Translations under genes and position numbers: made by a program
Notes under the pieces: model-generated
Told to the model about the DNA's origin: nothing
Database searches by the model: none
What the model saw: the letters and a program-made list of their open reading frames with translations, nothing else
Source of the DNA: Camelus ferus
Taxonomy: Eukaryota
DNA length: 64,000 nt
Direction: 5' to 3'
Assembly (NCBI RefSeq): GCF_009834535.1
Contig: NC_045715.1
Coordinates: forward strand, 21,018,001 to 21,082,000
In this document: one piece after another, positions 51,810-64,000 of the stretch
How positions within the stretch are numbered: the first letter of the stretch is position 1
Layout: every line of letters begins with the position of its first letter

Positions 51810-54800
51810 TTATTTCTGACCCTCACCTCCCGCATTTAAGGGTACTATCTGGTGGGCTGGGGAACACCAGGCAACTTGAGGGGATCCCCGCTCCGGGGAC
51901 GGAGTAAGGCAGGGAGGCGGGATTGGAGTGTTGGAGGCGGGGCCGCAGGCTCCTAGGGCCACCCAATTGCAGGGCCAGTCATCAGCTGAGGCCACACCCC
52001 CGCTCCCGGCCGCGACCCCGGATCTTCCTCGCTCTATTGCAGGGTTGGGTCGAGGCCCGCGCATGCCTGTAGAAAACCTACGGCCGCGGAGGGGCGGGCC
52101 GCCTCCTGCTGCTCCTTTCGATAGGCTCCGGCTATGCGAATAGGCCCCGCCCCCACGCGCGGCCAAGTCTACGGACAAAGTCCGAGCTTGCGGACAGGCT
52201 CCGGCCGACAGCGTCCGGCAGCGCGGCAGAGCCCCGCCCCCGCGCGGGGGCACGCTTCCCGACGGAGTTCTCGCGCTCTGGTAAGCGCCGACCTCGCGGC
52301 CCGGCGTGGCTTTGTGACGCGCCTCCAGTGGTCCCGCCCCTTCCAGCAACGTCAGCAGATCCCAGTGGTTTCGCTGGCGGGCGATGTCCCCGGGCGCTAG
52401 CCCGGCCTGGTCCCGCAGCCCTCGGGCCGCCCCCAGCTCCAGCAGCAGCTGGGCTACCTCCACTGCCCCTTCCCGGGCCGCCAGGAACAGCGGCGTCTGC
52501 TCCTGCGAGGGAGGAAACAACCAGGGGGCGAGGTCAGGGAAGGCCACGCCCCACAGGGCTGGCCCTCCTCCTGCTCGACCGCTGGCCCCTCCCCCTTCAG
52601 GTTTTGCGGAGTTCCCGCGCGTTTCACTTCTCCTGGCCCGTTTTATTGCGGGGAGCCCTCTACCCGGTCTAACCCTGCCATCCTGTGCGTCTTTATCGGC
52701 TCCGGCCTGGAGAAGGGAGCGGGCGGCCCTGGCGTTGTTCACGGCGGCGGCCCAGTGCAGCGCGGTTTTTCCTAGGGGACGACGTGGGAGGTTGTTAACC
52801 CGGAGGCTGGGGGCCAGTCGCCTGGGTTCCTGTTTCCCACGGATTCTGGTCTTGGGGGAAGGGCTATTCGGCCTGCCGGGTACCTCAAAAGCGGAAGCGT
52901 TGCCCGGGTGACCGCCGGCCTGCAGGAAGCGTTGCCCCTGGTGACGTCACCGGCGCGCGGGAGGGACAATGGGGCATTGTTCTGGGGTCGGTGGGACCGG
53001 CAGACCACCTCCCTCCCACGAGACCCTTCCCCCTTCTCAGACATTTCCCGCATCCTAGTTCCCAGTGGACTAGAGCAGTGTGTGTGTTTTTGAGGATGGT
53101 GAGGAAGACTCACGTTCTGTGTACTGCCACCGCACCGCAGGTTTACCACCCTCACAGCAGAGTGGGAGGGAATGCCCCAGCCTCCAGCTGGTCCCTCTGC
53201 TGCCCCCCTCCTTGGCATCTTACGCCCCATTTGCTCAACTTCTTTATAGCACAACATCAGCTTCCCCAGATCCATACCCCATTTATCTTTGGCCCCCACA
53301 TCTGCTTTGGCTGCAATCAGTTCTTCAACCAGGTCCTCAACAGCCAGCCTGGCAGCCAGCATCAGGGCTGTGGTCCCATCCTCTGTCCGTGCATCCACTA
53401 AGGTCTGTCTGCTGCGGAGTAAGAGCTAGGGGAGCCAGAGAGGGCCAGTGATCCTTGGTATATCTGGACTTCTAGCTAAGGTTTATCACACTGTTAACCA
53501 CCCCCCAGTCCGTATTCAACCATCTGTTCTTGTTTCCCTTTCAGTCCCCAATCTCACATCACCTTCCTCTGCCAAACCCTTGAGGATGCTTTTGCCTGAC
53601 TTTAGTTGCAAGTTTGCCCCGTTTCCTTTAGCGACTCCATTGTGCACTGACTGACCTGGCAAACCTCCCGGGCATCAGCAGCCACAGCGGTGTGAAGAGG
53701 GGTGCGCCCTGCCCGGTCAGGCTGGTTGGGGTTGGCTCCTGCCTCAAGGAGGCGGCGGGCAGCGGTTGGTCGGGAGAATCGGGCAGCTAGGTGCAGGGGA
53801 GTCTCCCCAGTGCCCAAGGTGTGAACCTGGGGACAGGCCCCTCCACCCAGCAGAGGTTCCCAGGGCTCAGGGCTTCCCAGCCATGTCCCCTGATAGGTCC
53901 TGGACTCCACTCCCCCACAGCAGACTGCTGACATCAGGGGTGTCACCCCATCTGTGTGTAAGAGACATGAGGAATGGGAGACAAATCAATCAAAAGGACA
54001 TAACTGGGGGAGGGGAGAACACGGAGGCTCAGGGAAAATCACAGCCTGAGGTGTTGGGAAGCCCAGCTTGGGCTCACAATTTTGTGTGGCTTTAATCAAA
54101 TGACTTTCCTTTTCTCTGGACTTCGGTTTCCTGATTTGTAAAAGGAAGCAACAGGCCATAGTACTCTCACCCTAAGGCAATGGTTCTCAAACTTGAGTCC
54201 TGGATCAGACTCACCTGCAGGGCTTGTCAGTATTTTGAATTTCTGAATCAGTAGCTGTGGAGTGGAGCCTGAGAATTTGTATTTCTAACAATTTCCCTGG
54301 TGATGCCGATTCTTCTGTCTGAGAATGACTGCTCTAAAACACTAACTCTAACATTAGTTTCTCCAGTTCTGATAGCAAAGGGTTTTCTGATTCTAAAACG
54401 GTCAGAGGGAGTTTTCATTTTCTTGGTCTGAGTTGCATACATACCAGGTCCACGGGTGTCCACGTCAGGGACGTCCAGTTCAGATTCCTGGGGAGGAGTC
54501 AGCATGGCTGCCTGGGGGAGCTCCTGACAGTCACCACTTAGAGGCCAGAGCTGGCACTTGGAAGGTGAGGCCATTTCTTCAGCCTTGGGGATCAGAGCAA
54601 GGATCAGTGAAGTGGCGCTGACTTTTCTCTTCAACCCTTCCATCACCTTGGGACCATTCCTGCCCCAGTGCCTTCACCTGGCCCACCTCCTCTCCTTCCT
54701 CGGGGCCTGAGCACATCACAACTCCATCTTCATCAACTTCTCCCTCTGGTTTCAGTGCCCTGGAAGGAAGAGGGTGGGTGGGTAGAGAACCTTCAGGGTC

Positions 54801-57800
54801 TCTAAGATTTCCAGCAGCCTTCCTCCTCCCTCACCTTTCTTGTCTTCAGCTTCTGCAATAGCATCTCTCATTGCTTCTGATCATAAATACCTCCATGGGA
54901 AAGAGCCCCCACCCTGAGTCCCGGTTCTTCCTCACTCTCACTTGAGGCCGATGCTGTCCTCGCCCAGAGGGGGCCGGCGTCGGCGGGGAACTGGCTGAGT
55001 CCGAGGCCTTCGAGTGAACCCAGGGGGCAGCCAGAGGGCCCCATGCTCTCGGCGCCGCCGGCGGATGAGCTGGAGGACAAGCAGGGCCCCGAGAGCCAGG
55101 AGAAGCACCCCGGCCACCGGTGAGCACAGTACAGGCCAGGGAAGCTGGTTGGCGGGGGGCACTGGTGGAAGAGACACAGTCAGGAAAAGAGGCCATTCCT
55201 GGTGGGGCTGGGTACTCCTGTGAGACTTTGGGCAAGTGCAGTCACCTCTTTTTGCCACAGTTTCCTCAACTGTAAAATGGGAATAGTAAGAGTACTTCCC
55301 TCATGGGGTTGTTGGGAGGATTAAATGAGTTAATACTGTAAAATGCTTAGACCGAGGCTGGCACATAGTGCTATTAAGAGTTATTATTCTTTCATGTATT
55401 ACCAACTGTTTGACGTGGGGATGATTGGATACTCTTGGTCTCGTAGAGAGGACAGACCGGAACCCAAGGTTTGTGGGAGGTGTACGATAGAGGTTAGGCT
55501 AAAGTACTTGGGGAAATAAGGAAGGAGACTGCAGAGCAAATGGGCCATGAGGAGATCTAGTTAGAGAAGGAGGTTAACAAGGGTAAGTCTCCATAAAGAA
55601 CACTTGGGGTCCCAGCGATTCTGTTTCATTTGATCTCCATTGCTGGTTGTTGGCATGAAAGCTAGCCCGGGAGCAAAGTGAGGGGAAATGATAGGGGGTC
55701 ACCTACCGGTGTCTGCACGAGGGTGGGCAGCCAGCAGGGGTCCTGGCAGTAGGGGTTCCAGGGCCCCCACTGCGGCCATCGCAGCAAGGAAGCGGAGCAG
55801 GAGCCCAGGGTCCCAGGGACAGCGGGATGCAGGGTGGTCCGGGCCACAGTGGGACAGATCCACACCCATCACCACCACGAACCTGTGGGGAAGGCACCTC
55901 AGAGGCCCCTGTGTTGGTCCCTGGCTCCCTTCCCTCCATGGGTAAAAAAACTAATGTCTGCCCGCTGCCCCCAGCTTCTTACCCAGTGCTGAGGGAGTCT
56001 GTCTCCTTGCCTACAGGCTGTGTTTGAGGGGCTGCTCTCTGGTGAGAGGGGTCTGGGGTTCCTCCTAACTCCTCTTCGGCCTGGGCCCCAGGATAGGGGT
56101 ACACCATATCCCTGCCGTCACTATCCTTTCTCACCCAGAGCCCTACCCTCAGAGTCAGGGACAGCACCCGGGCCAGGGCACGCAGCTGCTGGTCCAGGGT
56201 TGAGGGGTTCAGCACCACCAGCAGGGCCAGGGAGGGCCCCCACTCTGCATCCCCGTCTCTGGGCCTGCAGTCACCCCCATCCCAGCCACATTCTGCAGTG
56301 TTGCAGCCCTTCTCGCAGTGTCCGTTGTGGAAGTGATCGTGGCAGTACTGGTCGTAGGCTGGTCTGTGGGGTGAGGAGACAGGGACTCAGGACCCCCAAG
56401 GAAACCTGACTCCCTCATCCCAGAGAGGATTCCTGATATTCCACGGCCTCTAGGGCTCTGGTTGTTAAGTGGGGGCAGCTCTGGGGCAGTGGGCTTAGTC
56501 CCTGGATGGTAGGTAGTCCAGATACCCTAATATCTGCTGACACCCTTGTTTCCTAGGACCATCCCCTAGGTCCCCATAGGTCCCCCAGGACCGTTCCCAG
56601 AAAACACTCTGCAGCTAATCTCCCTCCCTTGGGACCCTCCCAAGCTCTCCTGTCTCCCTGAAGGGGAGCCCTTTTCCCTTAGGGGTGCTGGTTGCTAGGG
56701 GAGATCCTCCACAGCAACAGGGCTTAAAGAGAGAGCTTGAGATCAGAGCTCCCACATCCCTCAGAGAGGAGCCCAGACAGAGGCAGCGCCCTCTTTCCTG
56801 GTCCCCACATTAAATATTTATGCTGCCCCCATTCCCTCGGGTTAGAGTCCAGCATCTTATACCCCTACTTAGCAATGGGTATTAGGGTAGACTCTCCCTG
56901 GGGCTTGAGGCTGTGGTCACCCTGTAACTCAGAGACCTCTGTGTCCTTCCTCCTGCCTCCCTGCCACCTCCCCCCCCCCCCCCAGCCCAAGGCAGGGCTT
57001 CAGGCTCACGTGCAGGCTGGAGGAGTCTCACAGTCGTAGCCATCAAACAAACACTCTTCAGAGTCACACTGTGGGTGGCACTGCCCATCCCGGAAGAGAA
57101 GCCAGCACCGAGAATGGGAGGGGCAGCCCTTCCAGGGGTCTGGGACCCCCAGGGAGCAGTCCCCCCCATCCCAGTTTCCTCCTGGGCCACTGCAGCCAGC
57201 GTCACAGGCCCCATCTCCACCTCTACCCTCACATCCCTTTGCTCCGGGCCTCTGACACCGGGGCCCTGGAGAGCTGGGAGGGCAGGAGCATCGAAAGCCT
57301 GGGGCCCCCAGCCCAGGCGTCTCTGAGCAGCTGCCATTGTGTAGGCATGGAGAAGGAGGGCCGCAGCCTTGAGGAGCGGGTGGGGTCAGGCAGTCAGGGC
57401 CCCCATAACCACTGAAGCAGGCACAGCGGGGCGGGAATCCAGACTTGGGGGAGGGCAGACAGAGGCCACCGTGGTGGCAGTGATGAAGGCCGCAGGAGGG
57501 GGCTCTTTGGCTACAGGTGGGGCCTTCAAAACCCTGTGGAGAGGAGAGATATTGGTGAAGGACCTTGTATTCTTCCCACTTCCTCTCAAGCAAATTCCTG
57601 GGTTAAGATAACTCAGAGGATCCTAGATTCTCATCTGGAAGGGGCCTCAGAATATTAAGTTCATTTTACAGATCCCCCCCCCCCCCCACAGTGGCATACT
57701 ACATAGTGGGGGAGAAGGATGGACCACAGCTCTACACAACTACATGGGTGACTCACCATGCAAGTCCTGGAAGACTGTTAATAGAGTGATAGTAATTGAA

Positions 57801-60800
57801 CTAGCACTATATTATCTTAATCCTTGGAGATAGGATTGTATACTTTCTCTTCTGGATAGAGGAGGACATAAGTATATGAAAGTTATTGTTAATATTGTAA
57901 TTCCTTGGTTTGGTTCATGGGTGTTATCTTTTTAAAAATTTTTTATTTTTCAGGGATATTATCTTGTAAGTATAATAAAGTAAAAGAAGGCTGTGCAGAA
58001 ACCAGTGTTAGTTTGTACGTTAGTGTATCAAGAACCAAGTTTTTAAGATTAACCCAGTTTGGTGCATCTGAGGTCAATAAACAAATACACAGAGTTAAAA
58101 GAATTTATCCAAGGTCATCCAGCTTGACCTGGGGGAACCTTCCCTTAGGCAATGCCCATACTTCTGATAATTCCATTCATGCTCCCACTGGATTCTGCCT
58201 TTCCCCACTACTGCTTCTGAGAGCCACTTACCACTGTGAACATGAGACAGTTTTCTTCAATAATTCCCACTCCGGTGCTCCGCCAGGTTCTGGCTCAGAC
58301 ATTCTCACCTTGCGTCAGCATCGGGGCGACAGAGAAAGCAGCTCTGTGGTCACTCACCTGGGGGCAGTGGCAGGTGAATCCTGGGGGTGGTCCTGGTGTG
58401 GTCTCACAAGACCCTCCGTGGGAGCAGGGCTGGCTCTGGCAGGGGTCTATCTCCTGTTCACACAACTGGCCTGGGGGCGGGGGTGGGATTAAACATAACT
58501 CTCTACTTCACTGGCTGCCTCCTTCCTAGCGCATTCCTGGGAGTCAGCCCAGCACTGGCTGCACAGACAAAGGGATCATGGGGCATATTCTCTGGGGGGG
58601 GGGCATGGAGGCAGGGGGATAGACCAGATGACTAGGCTGCCTCGTGGGTGGGGATTGTCTGGGTTTCCATGGTCAGTTCAGCTGTGCACAGAGATGCCTA
58701 CACCCCTCGTCCCAGGCCTTACCTGTGTGTCCGGGCAGACACTGGCAGTAGAAGGCATTGGCCAGAGAGTGGCAGGCTGCAGTGCCTGTGGGGTGACAGG
58801 GCCGGTCCAGACACTCATCCACGTCCCCCTCACAGCGCAGCCCCACAAAGCCTGGAGGGCAGGCACAGTGGAAGCCTCCAGGTTTGGGGGTGCAGGTCCC
58901 ATGGTTGTGACAGGGCTGGGATTGACAAGCGTCGGGCTCCTTTGAGCAGTTCTGTCCACTGTAACCTGGTGCACACTTGCAGGCAAAGAGGGTCAGACAG
59001 GGAACCAGTAAATGAGCCCATCCTGGCACCGTAGGGGACTAGCTCAAGACAGTCTGCCTAGCTCCCCGCCTCCAGCTCAAACCATCACTCAGCTCAGCAT
59101 CCATCACAGCCATGGTAGCTTAACCCTTTATCTCAACTCCACATGATACACAGTTGTTCAATAATATGAAACGTAATCCCTTCCCAGCCACAAACAATCT
59201 CTATGCTACATTGCCAGTAAATATAGTTCCGTTTTTGGTCAAACCTTCCTCCCTCAACCACACACCCACCGGGCTCTGTCATGCTTTATTAATTAATTTA
59301 TAAACCTTCATCGAATGCCTACTTTGTGCCAGGCACCGTTTTAGGCACTAGGAATACAAAGAAAATTAGAACACATCCCTGCTTTCATGAAGTCCTCAGT
59401 CAACCAGAGGAGAGAGGCAGCTAGAATTTATTGCATGCTTTGTGTATATAACCTCACAAACCTTCCCAACAACCCTCTACATGGGCCATCTCATTTGATT
59501 CTCACTTTACAGAAAAAGGAAACTAATTCCTTGACTTGGGCAAACCACACAGCAGTAGGTGGTAGGCCAAGTCAAGGACCCCATAGCTGATGCCTTAACC
59601 GTTTTCCAGTTGTTTCAGATCTTTCTGCTAGTGAGAGAGGGCCATTGATGAGGGCTGTACCACGTGCAGAGTTCTTGCAGGGGGAAGGAGGGTATGTGAG
59701 AATGGAGTCCCAACAGGGCTTCAGAAATATGATGGAGAAAAAGGGATTCATAGAGAATCTGAGGAGCTGCCAGAGGGCTGGAAGAAGCAGGCAAGGGGGG
59801 TGTCTTGGAAACTTTGGGAAGAAGGAGTTTCATGGGCAGGGAAGCAGAGCTGAGTATTAGGTGTATGAGGGTTCACTGCTAATCAGCACACTGCTTTTGT
59901 GTCAGTTTGAAAATGCTCATAAGAATAAGGTAAAAAATAAAATTTAACAGTTAGAGAAAAAGGGCAGTTGGTGGACCTGCCTCATGCCTTCTAGCCAAAG
60001 TCGTGGTTCTGAGTACAAGGATCAGGTTGCTTGGACTTGAACCCCAGCTTTGCCTCCCTCTCCTGCTCGGTGACTCAAACCACCAAGGAGGGGCCGTAAC
60101 CCAGTCTGGAGAGAAGTTCGGGACATTTTCCTGAGGCAGACGCTTCTGGGGCACCATCCATTGGGAGAGGGGTGAGGAATGCCATCAAAGAGCCAGTTTG
60201 GGGTGGGGGGAAGCCAGCAGCAGTTTTGTGTTGCAGGAGTAAGGGAGGAGGGCGGGGGTGGGGAGAGATGAGGCCGGAGAGGCAGGCGGGGCTGGGTCAC
60301 ACAGGGCTTTGGACTTCATTGTCAAAGAGGTGGGCAGCCACTGAAGGGTTTTAAGTAGGGGAGCGACAGGTCAGCTTAATATTTTCAACGAAGCTCCCTG
60401 GTAGTGGCGCAGAGGCTGAACATTTAGGAGGACAAGTGTGAGGCTGGACGATAGTTAGGAGGCTGAGATCTGGGTGGAAGGCAGTGAAGGCCTGGACAAA
60501 GGCAGGGCGATGAGGGTGCGGGTGCAAGGACAGAGCTGAGAAGTACTAGGAGGTAAGCAGCACGACTCGGTGGTTGATGGGATGTGTGGGGGAAGTGAAA
60601 GGAAAATGCCCCATCCTCCATTCTGACCCACGACTGCCATTTCCCACAGCCAGCCCACCTTTGTCTCCCGCAGCTCCTCTAGACCCTCTCACCTGGCAGA
60701 GATAACCATTGGGTTGGGCCACGCAGGTGGCCCCGTGCTGGCAGGGCCTGGACTCACATGGGTTCACCCTGTCCTGGCAGGTACTGCCTTGGAATCCGGG

Positions 60801-63485
60801 GGGACAGTGGCAGAAGTAGGAGGGGCCGTTGTCAATGCAGATGCCTCCATTCTGGCACAGGGAAGAGATTTCTGTGCCTGGGAAGAGAGACAAACGGGGA
60901 CTGATAAAGCTAAATGGGGTGGAAGATGCTCAGGGGCCCCAGACGCTGAGCAGAGAGGAGAGTGGGGGCCACTAACATTCCTGGAAGCCTGAGGAGTCAG
61001 TAACTCCTGACGCTGAAGAGGTTAAAATACCAAGTTCCCCCTCCTGCCTGTTTTGTCAGATGGAGAGGAATACCTCTTCTTTGGCTTATCAGAGCATTAT
61101 AAGCAGCTGTATTCTTGGCTTTAAAGAAATCTCAACTGCCCTTTTTCTCTAACTGTTAAATTTTATTTTTAAGGTGGGGGCATGTGACTTAACTAATGGC
61201 CTGTCTGTCCCCTGGGTTTTGCATCCTCGCATATTCTCTCCCAGTGATTCCCACTGACCATCCCCGGACCCCACAATAGTCTCCTGAGTTCTTCTCATAT
61301 CAAAATTTATTTGATCAAGGCGGGGGTGGTATTCTTGTACCAGGGGTTGGCATAACATCCAAGTGAGCAGGGCATGGTGAAGTATGTTGAGCATAGTTGG
61401 GTTAAATGTGGTTCACTGCAGTTGAGTTATGGTGATAATGGCAATGTTGAGTTGTTCCACACTTTCTGTCCCAGGTGGTTGTGTTAAATAGGAGTCTCGT
61501 CGACTGGGCTGGTTGATGTTGCTTGAGTTGTGTTGAATGTGGTGCTAGGAGCTGAGTTGTGCTAGGCTGTCCTGGGTGTTGAGCTGTGGCACCGTGACTG
61601 GTTGGTCTGTGTTACTTGGACTCTTGGTTGTTTGGCTGAATGTTGTGTGTGGATGTCCTTAGGGATGAGGTAGAGGAGGACACCCTTTTCTCTCCATCTG
61701 CTCCCTAGTCGGTCCTTGGGTTGGTACCTTGGCTCAGAGCAGCCCTCTGGCAGGAGGACAGCGGAAGGTTGCAGAGAGGCCCAGTCCATCCCTGGAGGCA
61801 CAGGCACTGGAAGGAGGGCCCAGTCTGGATGCAGTGGGAATTGTGTGGGCAGGGCTTCTGGGCACATAAGTCCATCAGCGTCTGAGGGTCAGGAGGGAGC
61901 ATGAGGCAGGAAAGAGCATCAGGTTCGGAGATGGTCCTCTGCCAGCTCCTCAAACTCCCTTATCTCTAAAACTCTTTCCTGGATGGTCTGGGACCAGGTT
62001 ACCCTCTCTGGTTTCCTCTGATACTCACATCCCAGAATAGTCCCTGGGATCAGAAATCCTCTCAGTCCTTCAACTCCATACAAATCTCAAGTTAGACCCC
62101 AACTCCTAGACTCCCAAACCTCCTTTCATGTGGACACCTCTCCTAAGCTTCCCTGCTGCCCACCTTTTAATACCTGAGACCCTCTCCCTGGAGCTCTCTA
62201 GCCACCCCCTCCTCAGCACACCTGGCTCAGTGCCCCTCACCTGGCAGCTACCTCCTGTGTAGCCAGGGGGGCAGAGGCAGTGGGGACCCTGAGGGCCATC
62301 TTGGCAGGTTGCCCAGTTCCTACAGGGGCTGGATAAGAAAGAAGGCGTGGTAGGAGGAGGGTCTGGGAAACAAGGGGAGGGAGTGTGTGATTCTGGGGGG
62401 GCAGGAGGGCCTCGGTGAGGGGGAGGGGAAAACAGGAGGGAGGGCGGAGTGAGAGGGTGTGGGGTATAGGAGGAGAGGCAGCATGGAGCCCCGGAAGAGA
62501 TGGAGAGGCAGGGTGGGAAGGGCTCCCTCCCTTCCTCCAGGGGTCTCTGTGCCCTGCTCACCTGTCTGCGCAGCTGGGACGGATCCTCCCCTCACAGCGT
62601 GGGCCCTGGAAGCCCGGGGCACAGAGGCAGGAGGAGGTGCCGGGCCTATTCACACAGGTGCCCCCATTGAGGCACGGTGCTGGAGAGAGGAGGCTGTGAG
62701 GGGTTGGGTTCCCTGCCTGTAACCTGGCCTGTGACCTCAGTCACACTGCACACAGGACAGCGCTCCCACCGCCACTTCCTCACCCAAACGCCGGCTTGCG
62801 GCATCCAGTTAAGTTTTTAAAAATTATGGCACAAACATACCCTGACCAATTTCTGCATTGTCCTGTGGCCCAGCCCCAGACACGGTGGGCACTCACCAGA
62901 GGCACAGTGGTCGACGCTGATCTGGCAGCGGAGCCCAGTGTGGCTCGGAGGGCAGGTGCAGGAGTAGCCCCCAGGGCTGGGGCTGCAGGAACCACCATTG
63001 AGACAGGGCCCTGAGTGACAAGCTGTCACCTCCTCGCTGCACGTGGGCCCTGAGGGAAGTGGGTAGGGTCTGAGAAGGGGACTTGTCCTTTTCTCCTCTC
63101 TTCCTCCTCTTCCCTTTCTCTTTCCTTCCCCTCCTCATCCCTATCACCACTCTTCTCCCCCACCCAACCTCTCTTCTTTTGTCACCACCTCCCACACATC
63201 ACCCATGTCCCCTGCTGCCCGTGCCCAGTTCTTGGTGGTGACTGAGACCCAGAGCCCCTGGACACAGGCCTCCACTGGTCTTGCCCTTGATTTAGAGGGT
63301 GGTCATCCCAGGGTATGTGTGGTTTAGGGAGCAGCTCACCTGTGAAGCCTGTGGGGCAGGTGCAGTTGTAGCCAAAGGGCTGGGGGTGGCAGGTCCCTCC
63401 ATGGGCACAGGGCGTGGAGACGCAGCCCCCCAGCTCTGAGTCACACTCCGGTCCTGTCCAACCCACATCACACACACACGAGGAT
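51810..63485 (-). CDS. NOTCH4: Notch receptor 4, 3' part (exons 13-30 by human numbering; 5' part lies beyond the window)
   Basis: Exons 63485-63340, 63049-62897, 62679-62562, 62328-62241, 61881-61728, 60877-60693, 58975-58723, 58470-58358, 57533-57010, 56363-55983, 55882-55707, 55161-54942, 54759-54678, 54583-54445, 53951-53656, 53425-53278, 52771-52674, 52502-51810. The frame is continuous through EGF repeats, LNR repeats, HD, TM, RAM (LWLPPGF), ankyrin repeats and the PEST tail (...GGEGQK*). Confidence 0.98.
51900..52980. promoter_or_regulatory. Intragenic CpG island over the NOTCH4 3' end; candidate internal promoter
   Basis: CpG-rich from exon 30 into intron 28, with a perfect CRE (TGACGTCA, 52942) and duplicated ETS/X-box-like units. 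Confidence 0.7.
54177..54345. mobile_element. MER5A-like MITE in a NOTCH4 intron
   Basis: CAATGGTTCTCAAACTTGAG...GGATCAGACTCACCTGCAGGGCTTG...GAATTTGTATTTCTAACAATTTCCCTGGTGATGCCGAT. Confidence 0.8.
55222..55390. mobile_element. MIR SINE remnant
   Basis: GACTTTGGGCAAGTGCAGTCACCTC...CAGTTTCCTCAACTGTAAAATGGGAATAGTAA...GGATTAAATGAGTTAATA. Confidence 0.8.
59285..59600. mobile_element. L2 tail and MIR remnants in NOTCH4 intron 18
   Basis: GAATGCCTACTTTGTGCCAGGCACCGTTTTAGGCACTAGGAATACA (L2) and CTCACTTTACAGAAAAAGGAAACTAA...CCACACAGCAGTAGGTGG (MIR). Confidence 0.65.
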
Positions 63486-64000
63486 CTGGTCACAGAGAGG
63501 AAGGGAAGGGTTTTCTCTTCTGATGTTTTTCTCTTCTCCCCTCCCCATTGGTCAGACCCCTATGACCTCTTCTTTTGTTGGCCATGAGACTCTGGCCTTT
63601 CCTCAGTGGCTTTGCTCTCAGCACTGTCCCCCTTCTGCCCCAGCTGCTCTACCCATTTTCTCCAAGTACATTTCTCTTTATATTCCGTCCATAGCTTGTT
63701 TATTGGCTGTCTTTGCTCATTAGAACCAAAGCACTATGAGAGCAGATACTGCATCTCTTTTGTTCTGCACTGTTCTCCAGTGCCTGGAAAAGTGTCCACA
63801 CATAGACGCTCAATAACTATTTGTCTAAGAAGTGGTGAAATGAATTGGTCCTGGGATTTAATACTACTCTGCTTTCTGCTTTGACAAGCCCCAGCCCCAG
63901 TCCTCTGTTTCCCTCATCATTTATGAACTCTCCCCTCATTGGATAGCACTCACCAGCTGAACCCTCCCATTGTCTGTGACCCCAGTACTTTGCCATCTCC

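Overview
Mammalian genomic DNA from the centromeric end of the MHC class III region, in the conserved order PRRT1(-), PPT2(+), EGFL8(+), AGPAT1(-), RNF5(+), AGER(-), PBX2(-), GPSM3(-) and the 3' part of NOTCH4(-, exons 13-30). It is preceded by about 9.7 kb of repeat-rich intergenic DNA (L1, L2, ERV1/MaLR LTRs, hAT MITEs). Four short tRNA-Ala-derived SINEs suggest a camelid (inference). I traced every visible exon by hand, and all eight complete genes add up to intact frames. Seven N-gaps hide parts of PPT2, AGPAT1, RNF5 and PBX2. I see no new multi-gene system; the interesting signal is in how these tightly packed genes interlock. The best candidates are: (1) a 14-bp palindrome at the AGPAT1/RNF5 bidirectional promoter that gives a strong-Kozak ATG on both strands, each splice-compatible in frame with its own downstream gene; (2) AGER intron 9 has no esRAGE stop codon, so the soluble-RAGE splice would give a long new tail or a non-stop mRNA, while retaining introns 9 and 10 together restores the cytoplasmic tail without the TM; (3) RFX X-box-like motifs at five promoter-like regions; (4) a mirtron-like hairpin and a (TG)32 tract with cryptic donors in RNF5 introns. 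Comparisons with human or mouse are from memory and need checking; no database search was run.
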